This document shows, one piece after another, positions 17,007-26,482 of a stretch of 64,000 nucleotides of DNA. Origin of the DNA: Thermoplasmata archaeon. GTDB lineage: Archaea; Thermoplasmatota; SW-10-69-26; JACQPN01; JAJPHT01. The stretch spans positions 32,001 through 96,000 of the forward strand of contig JAXDQU010000106.1 in the NCBI GenBank assembly GCA_034667685.1, written 5' to 3'. Position 1 is the first letter of the stretch. Every line of letters begins with the position of its first letter. The notes beneath the pieces are model-generated. The model was not told the origin of the DNA. It ran no database searches and worked only from the letters and a program-made list of their open reading frames with translations. Both the position numbers and the translations under genes were made by a program.

Positions 17007-18782
17007 ATGCAATCTCCGATCCGAACGCGGCTTCGCGGCAACGGCGTCCGGACGCTGCTGCTCGCGCTCGTCCTCATCGCGCCGCTCTCTCTCGCGGTCG
17101 CCGCGACGCAGCCGCAGGACGTCACCGTGCCCGCTGGGACGACCCTCACCGTGGCGGCGCCCCTCTCCGTGGGCACGCTCACCGTGCTGGGCACGTTGAA
17201 GATGGACGCGCCCGGCGACTTGCGCATCGTCGCGCAGAGCATCCACGTCGGGCCCCACGGCGTAATCGCTGGCTTCGCCGGCGCGCCCGGGCGAGACGCG
17301 CACGGCCTGGGCGCGACGGGAGCGCCAGGCCTCGACGGCGGCTCCGTGTACCTGACCGCACAGTCGGTCGAGGTGGACGAGGGCGGCTTCATCCTGGCGG
17401 GCGCGGGCGGCCACGGCGGCAACGCCGAAGGGCTCGGCCTCGTGACCGCAGGCCCGGGCGGCCAGGGCGGCTCCGTCGTCGTCCAGGCCGTCACGAGCCG
17501 GCTCGACGGCGCGCTCGTGCCCGGGGACGGCGGCGACGGCGGCAACGCGGCCGAGGTCGTCCATGACCTCGTGCTCCAGGGCGCGACGGTGGCAGGTAAC
17601 GGTGGCGACGCGGGCTGGGCTCTCCTCAATGGGCGCCCGGTCGCGCCGAGCGCCGCGCCGCCCCCGATCGTCGCGGAAGTCATCGACCTCGTCTTCTACT
17701 GCGGAGTGCCGCTCCCCCTGACTCCCGTAGGGGCTCCCGGGGCGCCGGGCGTCGTTACGCGCGGCGGGCGTGGCGGCGACGCGTGCATGAGATCCTTCAG
17801 CGCCGATGGCCTGCCGTGCGTCGGTGATGCGGGCGATGGCGAAACCCCCCACCCCACCCACGCGTCGGCCACGGCGGGCAACGGCGGCGCCGGCGGCCCG
17901 ACCCAGCCCGGCGGCGCGGGCGGCACGGCCGTCGCTTGGGCCCGCTCGGGCAACGGGTCCGACGGATGCCCGGGCGCGACGACGGGCGGCGCGGCCGGCA
18001 ATGGCGCGGGCGCCACGGCCGACGCGCAAGGCGGCCGGGGCGGCCAGGGCGGCCACTCCGTCGGCCTCACCGCCGGCGGCAGCGGCGGTGGCGGCGGCAG
18101 CGCGTTCTCGGAAGCATACGGCGGCATCGCCGGCAACGGCGGCAGCATCACGACGGCGATCGGCACCGGCGGCGCCGCCGGCATCGGCGGGGGCGCCTCG
18201 GCCACCGCGGTGGCCGGCGATGGCGGCAGCGGCGGCGACAACAACTCGGGCATCGGCGGTGGCGGCGGTTCGGCGAACGCGACGGCGATCGCGGGTCACG
18301 GCGGCAACGGCGGCAACGCCGGGCCCGGCCTGACTGGCGGCACCGCGGGCCTCGGCGGCTCCGGCGGCAATCCCTCGTCCTCGGCCCGTGCGGGCAGCGG
18401 CGGTGCAGGCTCGATCGGCGGTGGCGGCGGCGACGCGAAGGCGACCACCGGCGGCCCGGGTCAGAGCCCGTACGGCGGCGACGCGGGCAACATCGGCACG
18501 GCTCAGCCCGGCGGCAGTGGCGGGAGTTGGAGCGCGGTCGCCATCGCAGGCGATGGTGGCGACGGCTGCTCGAGCCCGACCCACACGCCCGTCCCGGGCA
18601 ACGGCGGCCAGGGCGTGGCGTCCGGCCCCACGGGCGGTGCGCCCGGAGGCAACGGCACGCCCCACGGCCAGGCCGGCTCGAGCCTCCAGACATCCTCCGC
18701 CAACGGGAGCTCCGGCGGCATCGACGGACCCACGTGCGCGACGGGCATGCACGCCCCGCCGCCTTTCCAGGACGTCTTCTAG
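17007..18782 (+). CDS. Secreted glycine-rich repeat protein, paralog 1
   Basis: Signal peptide, beta-rich N domain, GGxGG repeats, ACM motif; 591 aa. Confidence 0.85.
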   Translation: MQSPIRTRLRGNGVRTLLLALVLIAPLSLAVAATQPQDVTVPAGTTLTVAAPLSVGTLTVLGTLKMDAPGDLRIVAQSIHVGPHGVIAGFAGAPGRDAHGLGATGAPGLDGGSVYLTAQSVEVDEGGFILAGAGGHGGNAEGLGLVTAGPGGQGGSVVVQAVTSRLDGALVPGDGGDGGNAAEVVHDLVLQGATVAGNGGDAGWALLNGRPVAPSAAPPPIVAEVIDLVFYCGVPLPLTPVGAPGAPGVVTRGGRGGDACMRSFSADGLPCVGDAGDGETPHPTHASATAGNGGAGGPTQPGGAGGTAVAWARSGNGSDGCPGATTGGAAGNGAGATADAQGGRGGQGGHSVGLTAGGSGGGGGSAFSEAYGGIAGNGGSITTAIGTGGAAGIGGGASATAVAGDGGSGGDNNSGIGGGGGSANATAIAGHGGNGGNAGPGLTGGTAGLGGSGGNPSSSARAGSGGAGSIGGGGGDAKATTGGPGQSPYGGDAGNIGTAQPGGSGGSWSAVAIAGDGGDGCSSPTHTPVPGNGGQGVASGPTGGAPGGNGTPHGQAGSSLQTSSANGSSGGIDGPTCATGMHAPPPFQDVF

Positions 18783-18868
18783 GAGGAGACGGCAAGAGCG
18801 TGACATCCGGAGCCGTGCGTTCCGCGCCGCACGGCTCCTCTTTTCCCTTTTCCCCAGGAGAACGACGC

Positions 18869-20518
18869 ATGGACCCCGGACGCAAGCCCCGTATCCCGCG
18901 TGCATTTGCCATCGCGTGCGCCGCGCTCGTCGCCCTGACGAGCCTCGGCGCCGCCTCGCTCGCGCAATCCGCGGGGCCCGACATTGTCGTCGCGCGGGGC
19001 GTGACGCTCACGCTCGATGCGCCCGCGCACCTGCGCCATCTCCTCGTCCAGGGCGAGCTGGTCCTCGACCTGCCGCCCCATGCGGTCCTCGCTGCCGATG
19101 ACGTCCGCGTCGCCTCGTCCGGCGCGATCCGCGGCGCCAACGGCGCGGACGCGCCCGCCGCGCGCGGCCTCGACGCGTCTGGCCTGCCAGGCGCGCCCGG
19201 CGCGAGCGTCGCGCTGCGCGTCGGCTCGCTGGTGGTCGAGCGCGGCGGCGCGATCGTTGCCGGCTCGGGCGGGCGCGGCGGCGACGCCCTCGGATCCGGC
19301 CTCCTCCGCGGCGGCCCCGGAGGCGCCGGCGGCTCGCTCCTCCTCGACGCGGCGCAGAGCAGTGTCGAGGGGCGCCTCGCGGCGGGCTCGGGTGGCGAAG
19401 GCGGCGACGCGATCGCGCTGCGCGCGCCGGCGACCGCGCAGGGCGGACGCGGCGGCGACACGGGCGTCGCGCTGCTCGACGGCGCGCCGATCCCCATGAC
19501 GAATGATATCATGCCGTCCCCGCGCTTCGCGGCCGGGTGCAGCTCGCCGCCTCTCGGCGCGCCCGGCGCGGCCGTCGTCGGCGGCGCGGGCGGATACGCC
19601 TGCATGCGCGTCGAGAGCGAGGCCGGCGCGCCCGGCCCCGCGTGCGGCCCCGGCACGGAAGGCGGGCCGGCCCTCGCCCTCGCCATCGGCGGCGACGGCG
19701 GCGACGGCCTCGCGCCTGGCGCCCCCGGAGGCGCCGGCGGCAGCGCGTTCGCGCAGGCCGACGCCGGGCAAGGCGGCGCGGGCGCGGACTGCATCACGGG
19801 CAGCGGCGGCGCCGGAGGCGTTGGCGGCCGGGCCCTCGCCCAGGCGCGCGCGGGCCAGGGCGGCCAGGGAGGCGTGGGCGCGGCGGGCGGCGCCGGCGGA
19901 CTCGCCTTCGCGCAGGCGCGCGGCGGACCCGGTGGCGCAGGCGGGTCGGGCGCGCTCGCGGGAGGCGCTGGCGGCGTCGGCGGCGCGGCGGACGCCTCGG
20001 CGCTTGGCGGCGCGGGCGGCGCGGGCGGAGCGCTCGGCGCGCCCGCAGGCGGAGGCGGCCCCGGCCGCGCGGACGCTTCGGGCGGCCACGGCGGCGCGGG
20101 AGGCCGCGGCCAGACGGCGGGCGGGAATGGCGGCGAAGGAGGCGCAACCTCCGCCAACGCCACCGGAGGCGGCGGCGGGGCCGGGGATTCCGGCGGAGGC
20201 GGCGGACCGGGAATCACCAGCATCGACGCGCGCGGCGGCGACGGCGGCGCGCCCGATGGCCTGGGCGGAGCGGGAGGCGCGTGGCGCTCCATCGCCACCG
20301 GAGGCGCGGGCGGCGACGGGTGCGACGGCGGCCAGGGCGCGAACGGCGGCTTCGCGGTGGCCGGCACGCCGGGCCCAGGCGTCTCGGGCGGATCGAACAC
20401 GGAAGGTGGCACGGCTCCCCCGGGCGCCGGCAGCGCCACCGCGACGCAAGGCCGGGCCGGAGCCGCGGGCGGGCCGGGCTGCATGTTGTTAGCGATCGAC
20501 TGGAGGACACCAAGATGA
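18869..20518 (+). CDS. Secreted glycine-rich repeat protein, paralog 2
   Basis: AGGAG SD, signal peptide, same architecture; 549 aa. Confidence 0.85.
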   Translation: MDPGRKPRIPRAFAIACAALVALTSLGAASLAQSAGPDIVVARGVTLTLDAPAHLRHLLVQGELVLDLPPHAVLAADDVRVASSGAIRGANGADAPAARGLDASGLPGAPGASVALRVGSLVVERGGAIVAGSGGRGGDALGSGLLRGGPGGAGGSLLLDAAQSSVEGRLAAGSGGEGGDAIALRAPATAQGGRGGDTGVALLDGAPIPMTNDIMPSPRFAAGCSSPPLGAPGAAVVGGAGGYACMRVESEAGAPGPACGPGTEGGPALALAIGGDGGDGLAPGAPGGAGGSAFAQADAGQGGAGADCITGSGGAGGVGGRALAQARAGQGGQGGVGAAGGAGGLAFAQARGGPGGAGGSGALAGGAGGVGGAADASALGGAGGAGGALGAPAGGGGPGRADASGGHGGAGGRGQTAGGNGGEGGATSANATGGGGGAGDSGGGGGPGITSIDARGGDGGAPDGLGGAGGAWRSIATGGAGGDGCDGGQGANGGFAVAGTPGPGVSGGSNTEGGTAPPGAGSATATQGRAGAAGGPGCMLLAIDWRTPR

Positions 20519-22332
20519 TATCAGGACACGGAGCCCGAAGGACAAACCGATCGACCCGGCTCGCTGCGACCTGCGCGGTCGCGTTGGGCCTCGTTCTCCT
20601 GACGCCGATCGTGGGCAGCTTCGGGACCAATGCGCCCGGGATGGACGCGAGCGTCCCTGAGGGCGCGGTGACGACGCTGCAAGGCGCGCGCTCGTTGCAC
20701 GACATCGACGTGCTGGGCACGCTCGTGCTCGACCTCGCCCCCGGCCAGACCCTCGACGCGGTCCATGTGCACGTGGGCGGCCACGGCGCGATCGTGGGTG
20801 CCGCAGGCGCGGCGGGCGCAGACGCGCAGGGACGCGACGCGCAGGGCGCCGCAGGCGCGGAGGGCGGCCGCGTGGTGATCCAGGCGGACTCCATCACGCT
20901 CGACGAAGGAAGCCTCGTGCAGGGCGGCCGTGGCGGTGAGGGCGGCGCGGCGACTGGCTACGGCGTCGTGGTCGGCGGCAACGGAGGCACGGGCGGCTTC
21001 GTGCGCGTGACCGCGCGGGAGCGCAGCGTGCACGGCCTCATCCTGCCCGGCTCGGGCGGCGACGGCGGCGCGGCCGTCGAGATCGTCAACGCGTCGCAGG
21101 TCGTCGGCATGAGCGTCAAGGCCGTCGGCGGGCGCGGGGGCGACACGGGCCGCGCGTGGCTCAATGGCGTCCTGGTCCCGGCCAAGCTGCCCGACCTGCC
21201 GAAGCCGCCGCTTGTCTCGATCAATCCGCCGCTCCAGTGCCCCGGCGGCGCGGCGCTCATCATCGGCTCGCCCGGGTTGCCCGAGGGCGGCCACGGCGGG
21301 ACCGCGTGCATGCTCAGCATCGGCGCCCCGGGCGCCAACGGGTCGGGCTGCGCTGGCTCGACGGGCGACGCGGGCTCGACGGGAGACGCGGCAGCGGCTG
21401 CGGCGGTCGGCGGACGCGGCGGCGACGCCGCGCTTCCGGGCGTGCCCGGCGGCGGGGGCGGCGACGCGTGGGCGATCGCGCGCGGCGGCAACGGCGGCGA
21501 CGGAAACAGCTGCCTGACCGGCGGCGCGGGTGGCAACGGTGGCGGCGCACAAGCGGAGGCCGTCGGAGGCGAGGGCGGCATGGGCGGGACGCTCGGCGCC
21601 CTGGGCGGCTTGGGCGGCTGCGGCTACGCAGAGGCCAAGGGAGGGCTCGGCGGCACGGGAGGCTCGGGCTCGACCACCGGAGGCGCTGGCGGCTCGGGCG
21701 GCAGCGCGTCCGCCACGACGGACGGCGGCGACGGCGGGCCCGGCGGCCTGCCCAACGGCCTGGCCGGCGACGGCGGCTGCACGTTCACCTTCGGGGCGGG
21801 CGGCAACGGAGGCCGCGGTGGGGCCTGCACCAGCATGTCCCTCTGCACGGCCGGCACGGGCGGCAGCGCGGGCCAGCCCACCGACGCCAAGTCGCGCGGC
21901 GGACGCGGTGGCGACGGCGGGCGCGGAGGGAATGGCGGCGCGGCGCACAGCGAGGTTGACCCGCGCGGCGGGGACGGCGGCGTGCCCAATGGCCTGGGCG
22001 GGCTGGGCGGCAGCGTGAGCGTCCTGGCGGCGGGCGGCGACGGCGGGAACAGCCTCACCTGGCCCGAAGGGGGACTGGGCGGCGAGGCGAGCACGCTGAT
22101 CCCCCAGGGGAGCCTCGATGGCGGCCTGGGCGGCGACGGCACCCCCGCGCTGGGCGGGGTGGTTCTCGCCGACCAATCCAAGCGGGGCGAGGATGGGGTC
22201 GGGACCGGTGGGCCTGGGCCCTCCGTTGGCGGCGCACCCACGCTCTCATCCTGGGGCGCGGCGCTCATGGCCGCCGCGCTGCTTGGCGTGGGCGTCGCCT
22301 TCACGCGGCCCCGAAGGCCCGATCAGCCCTGA
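20515..22332 (+). CDS. Secreted glycine-rich repeat protein, paralog 3, with IPTL-CTERM-like sorting signal
   Basis: ATGA overlap; ends APTLSSWGAALMAAALLGVGVAFTRPRRPDQP (motif, TM helix, basic tail); 605 aa. Confidence 0.85.
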   Translation: MISGHGARRTNRSTRLAATCAVALGLVLLTPIVGSFGTNAPGMDASVPEGAVTTLQGARSLHDIDVLGTLVLDLAPGQTLDAVHVHVGGHGAIVGAAGAAGADAQGRDAQGAAGAEGGRVVIQADSITLDEGSLVQGGRGGEGGAATGYGVVVGGNGGTGGFVRVTARERSVHGLILPGSGGDGGAAVEIVNASQVVGMSVKAVGGRGGDTGRAWLNGVLVPAKLPDLPKPPLVSINPPLQCPGGAALIIGSPGLPEGGHGGTACMLSIGAPGANGSGCAGSTGDAGSTGDAAAAAAVGGRGGDAALPGVPGGGGGDAWAIARGGNGGDGNSCLTGGAGGNGGGAQAEAVGGEGGMGGTLGALGGLGGCGYAEAKGGLGGTGGSGSTTGGAGGSGGSASATTDGGDGGPGGLPNGLAGDGGCTFTFGAGGNGGRGGACTSMSLCTAGTGGSAGQPTDAKSRGGRGGDGGRGGNGGAAHSEVDPRGGDGGVPNGLGGLGGSVSVLAAGGDGGNSLTWPEGGLGGEASTLIPQGSLDGGLGGDGTPALGGVVLADQSKRGEDGVGTGGPGPSVGGAPTLSSWGAALMAAALLGVGVAFTRPRRPDQP

Positions 22333-22387
22333 GCACCGCTCGGACGCATGGCCCGCGCCACGGCGGGATGCACCTCGGCTCGGCCGC

Positions 22388-22409
22388 GGGGCTACTTGGG
22401 GGTTGCGGG
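22388..22409. repeat. 22-bp direct repeat, right copy
   Basis: Identical to 15580-15601; contains the stop codon of the 22392-22751 gene. Confidence 0.85.
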
Positions 22410-22751
22410 TGCGGGCGTCTCCCGCTCGCGGTTGATGAGCCGCACGGCCGAGGCGCGCGTCTTGGCGCTGGGGGGCCACGCGATGTCGCGGCGCCCCTTC
22501 GCGTCGCGCTTGACGTCGTGGTCGGCGCGGGCGGGCGCGGGCGCGGCGACGGGGGCATCCCCGGCGCGGACCGCGCGCGGCGCGTGCATCGCGCGCATGA
22601 CGTCCGCGCTGCGCAGCCACGCCTTGCAGCCCACGCAGGCCATCCCTCCGGCGCGGCTGAGCGTCACGAGGTGGGCCGCGTTGGCCCCCGCGCAGACGGG
22701 GCACACGAACGGGATCAGGACGGGGGCGCGCGGAGGTGAGACGTTCAACAC
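22392..22751 (-). CDS. Small zinc-ribbon protein
   Basis: CPVC...CVGC, GC3-rich codons; start uncertain. Confidence 0.55.
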   Translation of the reverse strand: MLNVSPPRAPVLIPFVCPVCAGANAAHLVTLSRAGGMACVGCKAWLRSADVMRAMHAPRAVRAGDAPVAAPAPARADHDVKRDAKGRRDIAWPPSAKTRASAVRLINRERETPAPATPK

Positions 22752-22782
22752 AACCTAGGGGGCCGCCAGGGACACGCCCGCC

Positions 22783-24291
22783 TTATAAGGCAGACGGGTC
22801 CGCGAGGGGTGGGAGCGCCTCCAGCGCGCCGCGCAGCGCCGGCCCTTCCGCCAGCGTGCCCACCGTGAGCACGTTGCCCATCTTGTGGACGGTCGGGTCG
22901 GTGACGCATTTCTCGTTGCAGACGTCGACGAAGACGGCGTAGGGGCGGCCCTGGGGGTCGATGGCGGCGTCGATGAAGTCGTCCATCCCGCCGCAGCGCG
23001 TCTTGCCGCACACGCCGCGCGCGAGGGGGTTGGCCGGGTCGTTGGCGGTGACGGTGGTGGCGACGGGGTGCGCGTCCTTCGCGTCGGTCATGACGGTGAG
23101 GTAGCCGTTCCACGAGGCGTTGGCCCACTCGGGCGGGTCCTGCGCGGGGCTGGCGATGTCGGTGACCGTGCCCTCGGGGCCGGTCTGCTTGCCCGCGTAC
23201 CCGCCGGGGATCGTCGTGGCGACGTAGGCGAACACGAGGCGGCCGTCGGCGCCCGCGGCGAGGGCGGGGAACGCGGCGGCGGTGACCTCGGGGGGCGAGA
23301 CGACGAGGGCGGGCGCCCACGTGACACCGTGGTCCTTGCTCCAGGCGTAGGTGGGCAGGCCCTTGTCGCTGATCCATCCCGCGTACACGGTGCCGTTGTC
23401 GTCGACGGCGAGGTTCACGTCGTGCACGACGCCGCTGTTGATCACGGCGGAGCCCTTCGCGATGACGTGCGAGGTCCACGTGAGGCCGTCGTCCTCGGTG
23501 ACGCCGATCGTGGGGTTGCGGTTGCAGCCGCCGTGCGCGAGGAAGACGCGCCCGTCCTTGTCCGTGACCGGGTGGCCCAGCGAGTCGCCCGGGCAGTCGG
23601 TGGGGTCGGTCGTCTGCGGGAAGACCGTCACGACGGGGCCGAACGTGTAGCCGCCGTTGAGCGAGGTGGCGCACTCGGTCGTGACGCCGGTGTTCGTGCA
23701 CGAGTAGACGACATTGGGATAGAGCGGGCTCACGGGGAGCATGCGCGGCTTGGCGGCGACCATGCTCTGGTGGTCCGCGATGGGGACACCCGCGCCCACG
23801 CCGCAGCCCACGGGGCTCGTGGTCCACGTGGCGCCCGCGTCGTCCGTCCACGAGAGGATCGCGCACTCGGCGTCGTTCTCGTTCTTGTAGACGCGCCCCG
23901 TCGTCGGGTCGAGGTACATGTACGGGTCGAGCGTCTGCGGCGGCGCGTGCTGGCCCGTGGGCAGCGTGGGCCCCACGTCCTTCCACGTCAGGCCGTGGTC
24001 CTCGGAGCGCATGATGGTGGGCTCGCCAGCCTGGAACGCCTCGGCGAAGATGCGCCCCTTGCTATCAATGCCCAGCGTGGGCTCGCCGCCCGAGGCGCCG
24101 GTGGAGAGCTGCAGGCCGCGGGCGGGCAGGGGCGCGGCGGCCGGGATCGCGCCGCCGCCGAGGACGTGGACCTCGCCCGCGAGCGAGGCGGGGAGCGTCG
24201 AGGCGCTCTGGACGGGCTGGGGGACGGCGCCGGGCGCGGCGCAGCCGGCGAGCAGGACGGCCAAGGCGAGGAAGACGAGCGCGAGACGCAT
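22783..24291 (-). CDS. Lipoprotein with BNR/Asp-box beta-propeller (sialidase-like)
   Basis: Lipobox LLAGC; Asp boxes SEDHGLTW, TDDAGATW, SLNGGYTF, TEDDGLTW, SKDHGVTW. Confidence 0.85.
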   Translation of the reverse strand: MRLALVFLALAVLLAGCAAPGAVPQPVQSASTLPASLAGEVHVLGGGAIPAAAPLPARGLQLSTGASGGEPTLGIDSKGRIFAEAFQAGEPTIMRSEDHGLTWKDVGPTLPTGQHAPPQTLDPYMYLDPTTGRVYKNENDAECAILSWTDDAGATWTTSPVGCGVGAGVPIADHQSMVAAKPRMLPVSPLYPNVVYSCTNTGVTTECATSLNGGYTFGPVVTVFPQTTDPTDCPGDSLGHPVTDKDGRVFLAHGGCNRNPTIGVTEDDGLTWTSHVIAKGSAVINSGVVHDVNLAVDDNGTVYAGWISDKGLPTYAWSKDHGVTWAPALVVSPPEVTAAAFPALAAGADGRLVFAYVATTIPGGYAGKQTGPEGTVTDIASPAQDPPEWANASWNGYLTVMTDAKDAHPVATTVTANDPANPLARGVCGKTRCGGMDDFIDAAIDPQGRPYAVFVDVCNEKCVTDPTVHKMGNVLTVGTLAEGPALRGALEALPPLADPSAL

Positions 24292-24374
24292 GCGCGCGCA
24301 CGGCCGGCGGGCACACAAAGGCGTTGTGGTGCTGTCGCAACAATCCTCCACAACGATGATCGGCGCGCGCCCCG

Positions 24375-24740
24375 ATGTCCGAGGCGGTGTCGGTTGTGCG
24401 GACCCCTCTCTTCCTCGGCATGCTCCTCGTGACGTCCCTCGTCGCCCTCGCGCCCTCGGGCAACGCCGCCGCGAACGGCTGCGTCGACGCGGGCAGCGGC
24501 ATCACCGCGTGCGGCGCGGCCGTCGCGGTCGGGTGCGGCGTCAGCACGGGTGTGGGCGCGGCGACCGGCATCGTCGCGTGGACGCTCGTGAGCAGCACCG
24601 AATCGGGCTCGAAGTCGTTCAGCCTGCGCGCGCCCGCCTTCGCCGGCGCCGCCGACGCGCCGTGCACCACGGCCTCGTGCACGACGGGCTTCCTCTACGC
24701 CAACGGCGTGCTTGTCTCCGAGAGCCAGACCGTGTGCTGA
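24375..24740 (+). CDS. Small secreted Cys-containing hypothetical protein
   Basis: Signal-like LFLGMLLVTSLVALAP; 6 Cys. Confidence 0.6.
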   Translation: MSEAVSVVRTPLFLGMLLVTSLVALAPSGNAAANGCVDAGSGITACGAAVAVGCGVSTGVGAATGIVAWTLVSSTESGSKSFSLRAPAFAGAADAPCTTASCTTGFLYANGVLVSESQTVC

Positions 24741-24853
24741 GGCTCAGAGCCGCTTCTGAGCCGCGGAGAGAAGGCGAAGCGTCCTCGCACCCAGGGGCCG
24801 CGCCCCCTTGACAAGGTACGCGGGCGGTGTTCACGCGGCGGAGCCCCCTGACC

Positions 24854-25678
24854 TCACGCGATGGGGTGCGAACTGACGTCGTTGACGGCCTTCTTGAGCC
24901 GCTTCAGGTCGAGTCTCTTCCTTGCGTGCGCATCGCGCTGCCAGGCGTCCAACGAATCGATGACCGTGTGCGCCTCGACGAGGTAGCATTCCGCGGCCTT
25001 CCACGTCAGGAGCTGATCCCCCTCCCTCCACGTGTGGACGAGCCAGATGCCGTTCTCGTCGTAATCGCGCGCCCACATCGAGTGCCCGCCGCCCGAGTTG
25101 GGCAGCCAGTCGCCGATCGCGGGCTGCCCGACGGGAATGTCCCAGGCCTTTGGGGGCGAGATGGACTCGAACGCCTTCGGGAGCGCAAGGCACACCGCGA
25201 TCCCATGGGCGCCGCTCGAGGCGATCGCGCGGCGAACCTCCTGCTGGTCGAGGTGGTTGACCCTGACGTACGCGTCGATGGTCAGCGCGCGTCCGCTGGC
25301 GTCGCGGATCGACAGCTCGGGGCGGCGCCAACGGTCGAGCGCGTCGGTCTCGTACGCGCCCTCGTCGTTGCCCCCGTAGAGGTCCGCGCACATCTTCTCG
25401 AACACGCGAAGCGGCTCGTCCTCGGCAATCTGCGGGACGTGCCCCGTCTCGAGCCGCTCCATGCGCAGCATGGCGACGGCCTGCTTCGCGATCGTGCAAT
25501 CGTTGTGCTCTGTGTTGCCGTAGGCATGCCTGGCGAAAGGCGCCCTGCGGTTCCAGAAGCCCGTCGCCTTGGGAGGCTTCACGGTCCCCCGCGCGAAGGC
25601 TCCGAACATCAGGGCTTTCGCCGACGTCTTCGGGGGCAGGCATCCGGTTCTCCTGTTCGCGAGTGGTGTTCGCATCAT
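24854..25678 (-). CDS. Papain-like cysteine peptidase
   Basis: GNTEHNDCTIA (Cys), DEGAYETDALDRW, GGGHSMWARDYD (His), HTW...LLTW; ATGA overlap with upstream gene. Confidence 0.65.
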   Translation of the reverse strand: MMRTPLANRRTGCLPPKTSAKALMFGAFARGTVKPPKATGFWNRRAPFARHAYGNTEHNDCTIAKQAVAMLRMERLETGHVPQIAEDEPLRVFEKMCADLYGGNDEGAYETDALDRWRRPELSIRDASGRALTIDAYVRVNHLDQQEVRRAIASSGAHGIAVCLALPKAFESISPPKAWDIPVGQPAIGDWLPNSGGGHSMWARDYDENGIWLVHTWREGDQLLTWKAAECYLVEAHTVIDSLDAWQRDAHARKRLDLKRLKKAVNDVSSHPIA

Positions 25679-26400
25679 GGTTCTTCCTTCAGCGTGATCT
25701 CGGGTCGAGCGGGCGCGCGCGGTGGCGGCGCAACGGGCCCTGGGACGCGGAGCGCGCCGCGCGTGGCGTCTTGCCAAGAACGCAGCACGTCGGGCGCGAT
25801 GGGCTCGGGCAGGATGGGCGCGAGGTCCTTCGCGAGCCGCGCGGGATCCGCGGCGAGGAAACCGGCAGGGTCCTTGATCGCGGTCTTTGCGATCGCTTCC
25901 AGGAGCGCCGGAGGGATCGTCGGTAGCGCGAGGATCGCCGCCTTGTCGAGCGCGCGATCGAGGCTCGCGCCAAGCCTGAGGTTCGCGAGCGCTGCGCGCC
26001 CCGCGGCGGTCTGCGAGATGCGCATCAGGTCGTCCACCGAGAAGACGCGATGCGCGGCAAGCTTCTCAATCGCCTGATGCGGGAGCCCAAGCGTCGAGAG
26101 CGGCTGCGGCGCGCTCGGAAGCGGCGCGCGTGGCGCGTCTTGCGAGGGCCGCACGCGCAGGCGAAGCGTCGCGCCGCCCGGCGCCGCGTCGTTCGAGAGG
26201 CTCACGAGGACTTGGCCCAGCTCGTCGAGACGCGCGCGGACGGGCAGCGTCAACTCCAGGTCGTCCAGGATGTAACAGCCTGACGCTCTCGGATGCCGCG
26301 CCAGCTCCTCGTGGATGCCCATCGCGGCGGAGGCGACGGTTTCGCCCAGCTCGTGCAGGACGACCTCGGAAGGGAGCGACGAGAGAGGCTCAACCGGCAC
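25675..26400 (-). CDS. Protein with short alpha-beta-beta N domain and two helix-hairpin-helix (DUF4332-like) repeats
   Basis: GGAGGTGA SD before GTG 26400; PLSTLGLPHQAIEKLAAHRVFSVDDLMR and ILALPTIPPALLEAIAKTAI. Confidence 0.65.
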   Translation of the reverse strand: MPVEPLSSLPSEVVLHELGETVASAAMGIHEELARHPRASGCYILDDLELTLPVRARLDELGQVLVSLSNDAAPGGATLRLRVRPSQDAPRAPLPSAPQPLSTLGLPHQAIEKLAAHRVFSVDDLMRISQTAAGRAALANLRLGASLDRALDKAAILALPTIPPALLEAIAKTAIKDPAGFLAADPARLAKDLAPILPEPIAPDVLRSWQDATRGALRVPGPVAPPPRAPARPEITLKEEP

Positions 26401-26482
26401 GCCCGTCACCTCCCGACGCCAGAAAGGCAAGGCCGGAATGAGACGACCGCGGCTGCGCGAGAACCGCCGCCATCGTCGCGCC

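Larger units (their letters stand above)
15580..22409. mobile_element. Putative integrated island (exosortase plus three glycine-rich surface proteins), no integrase inside
   Basis: Bounded by exact 22-bp direct repeats; AT-richer internal promoter region 16760-17000; accessory gene content. Confidence 0.55.
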
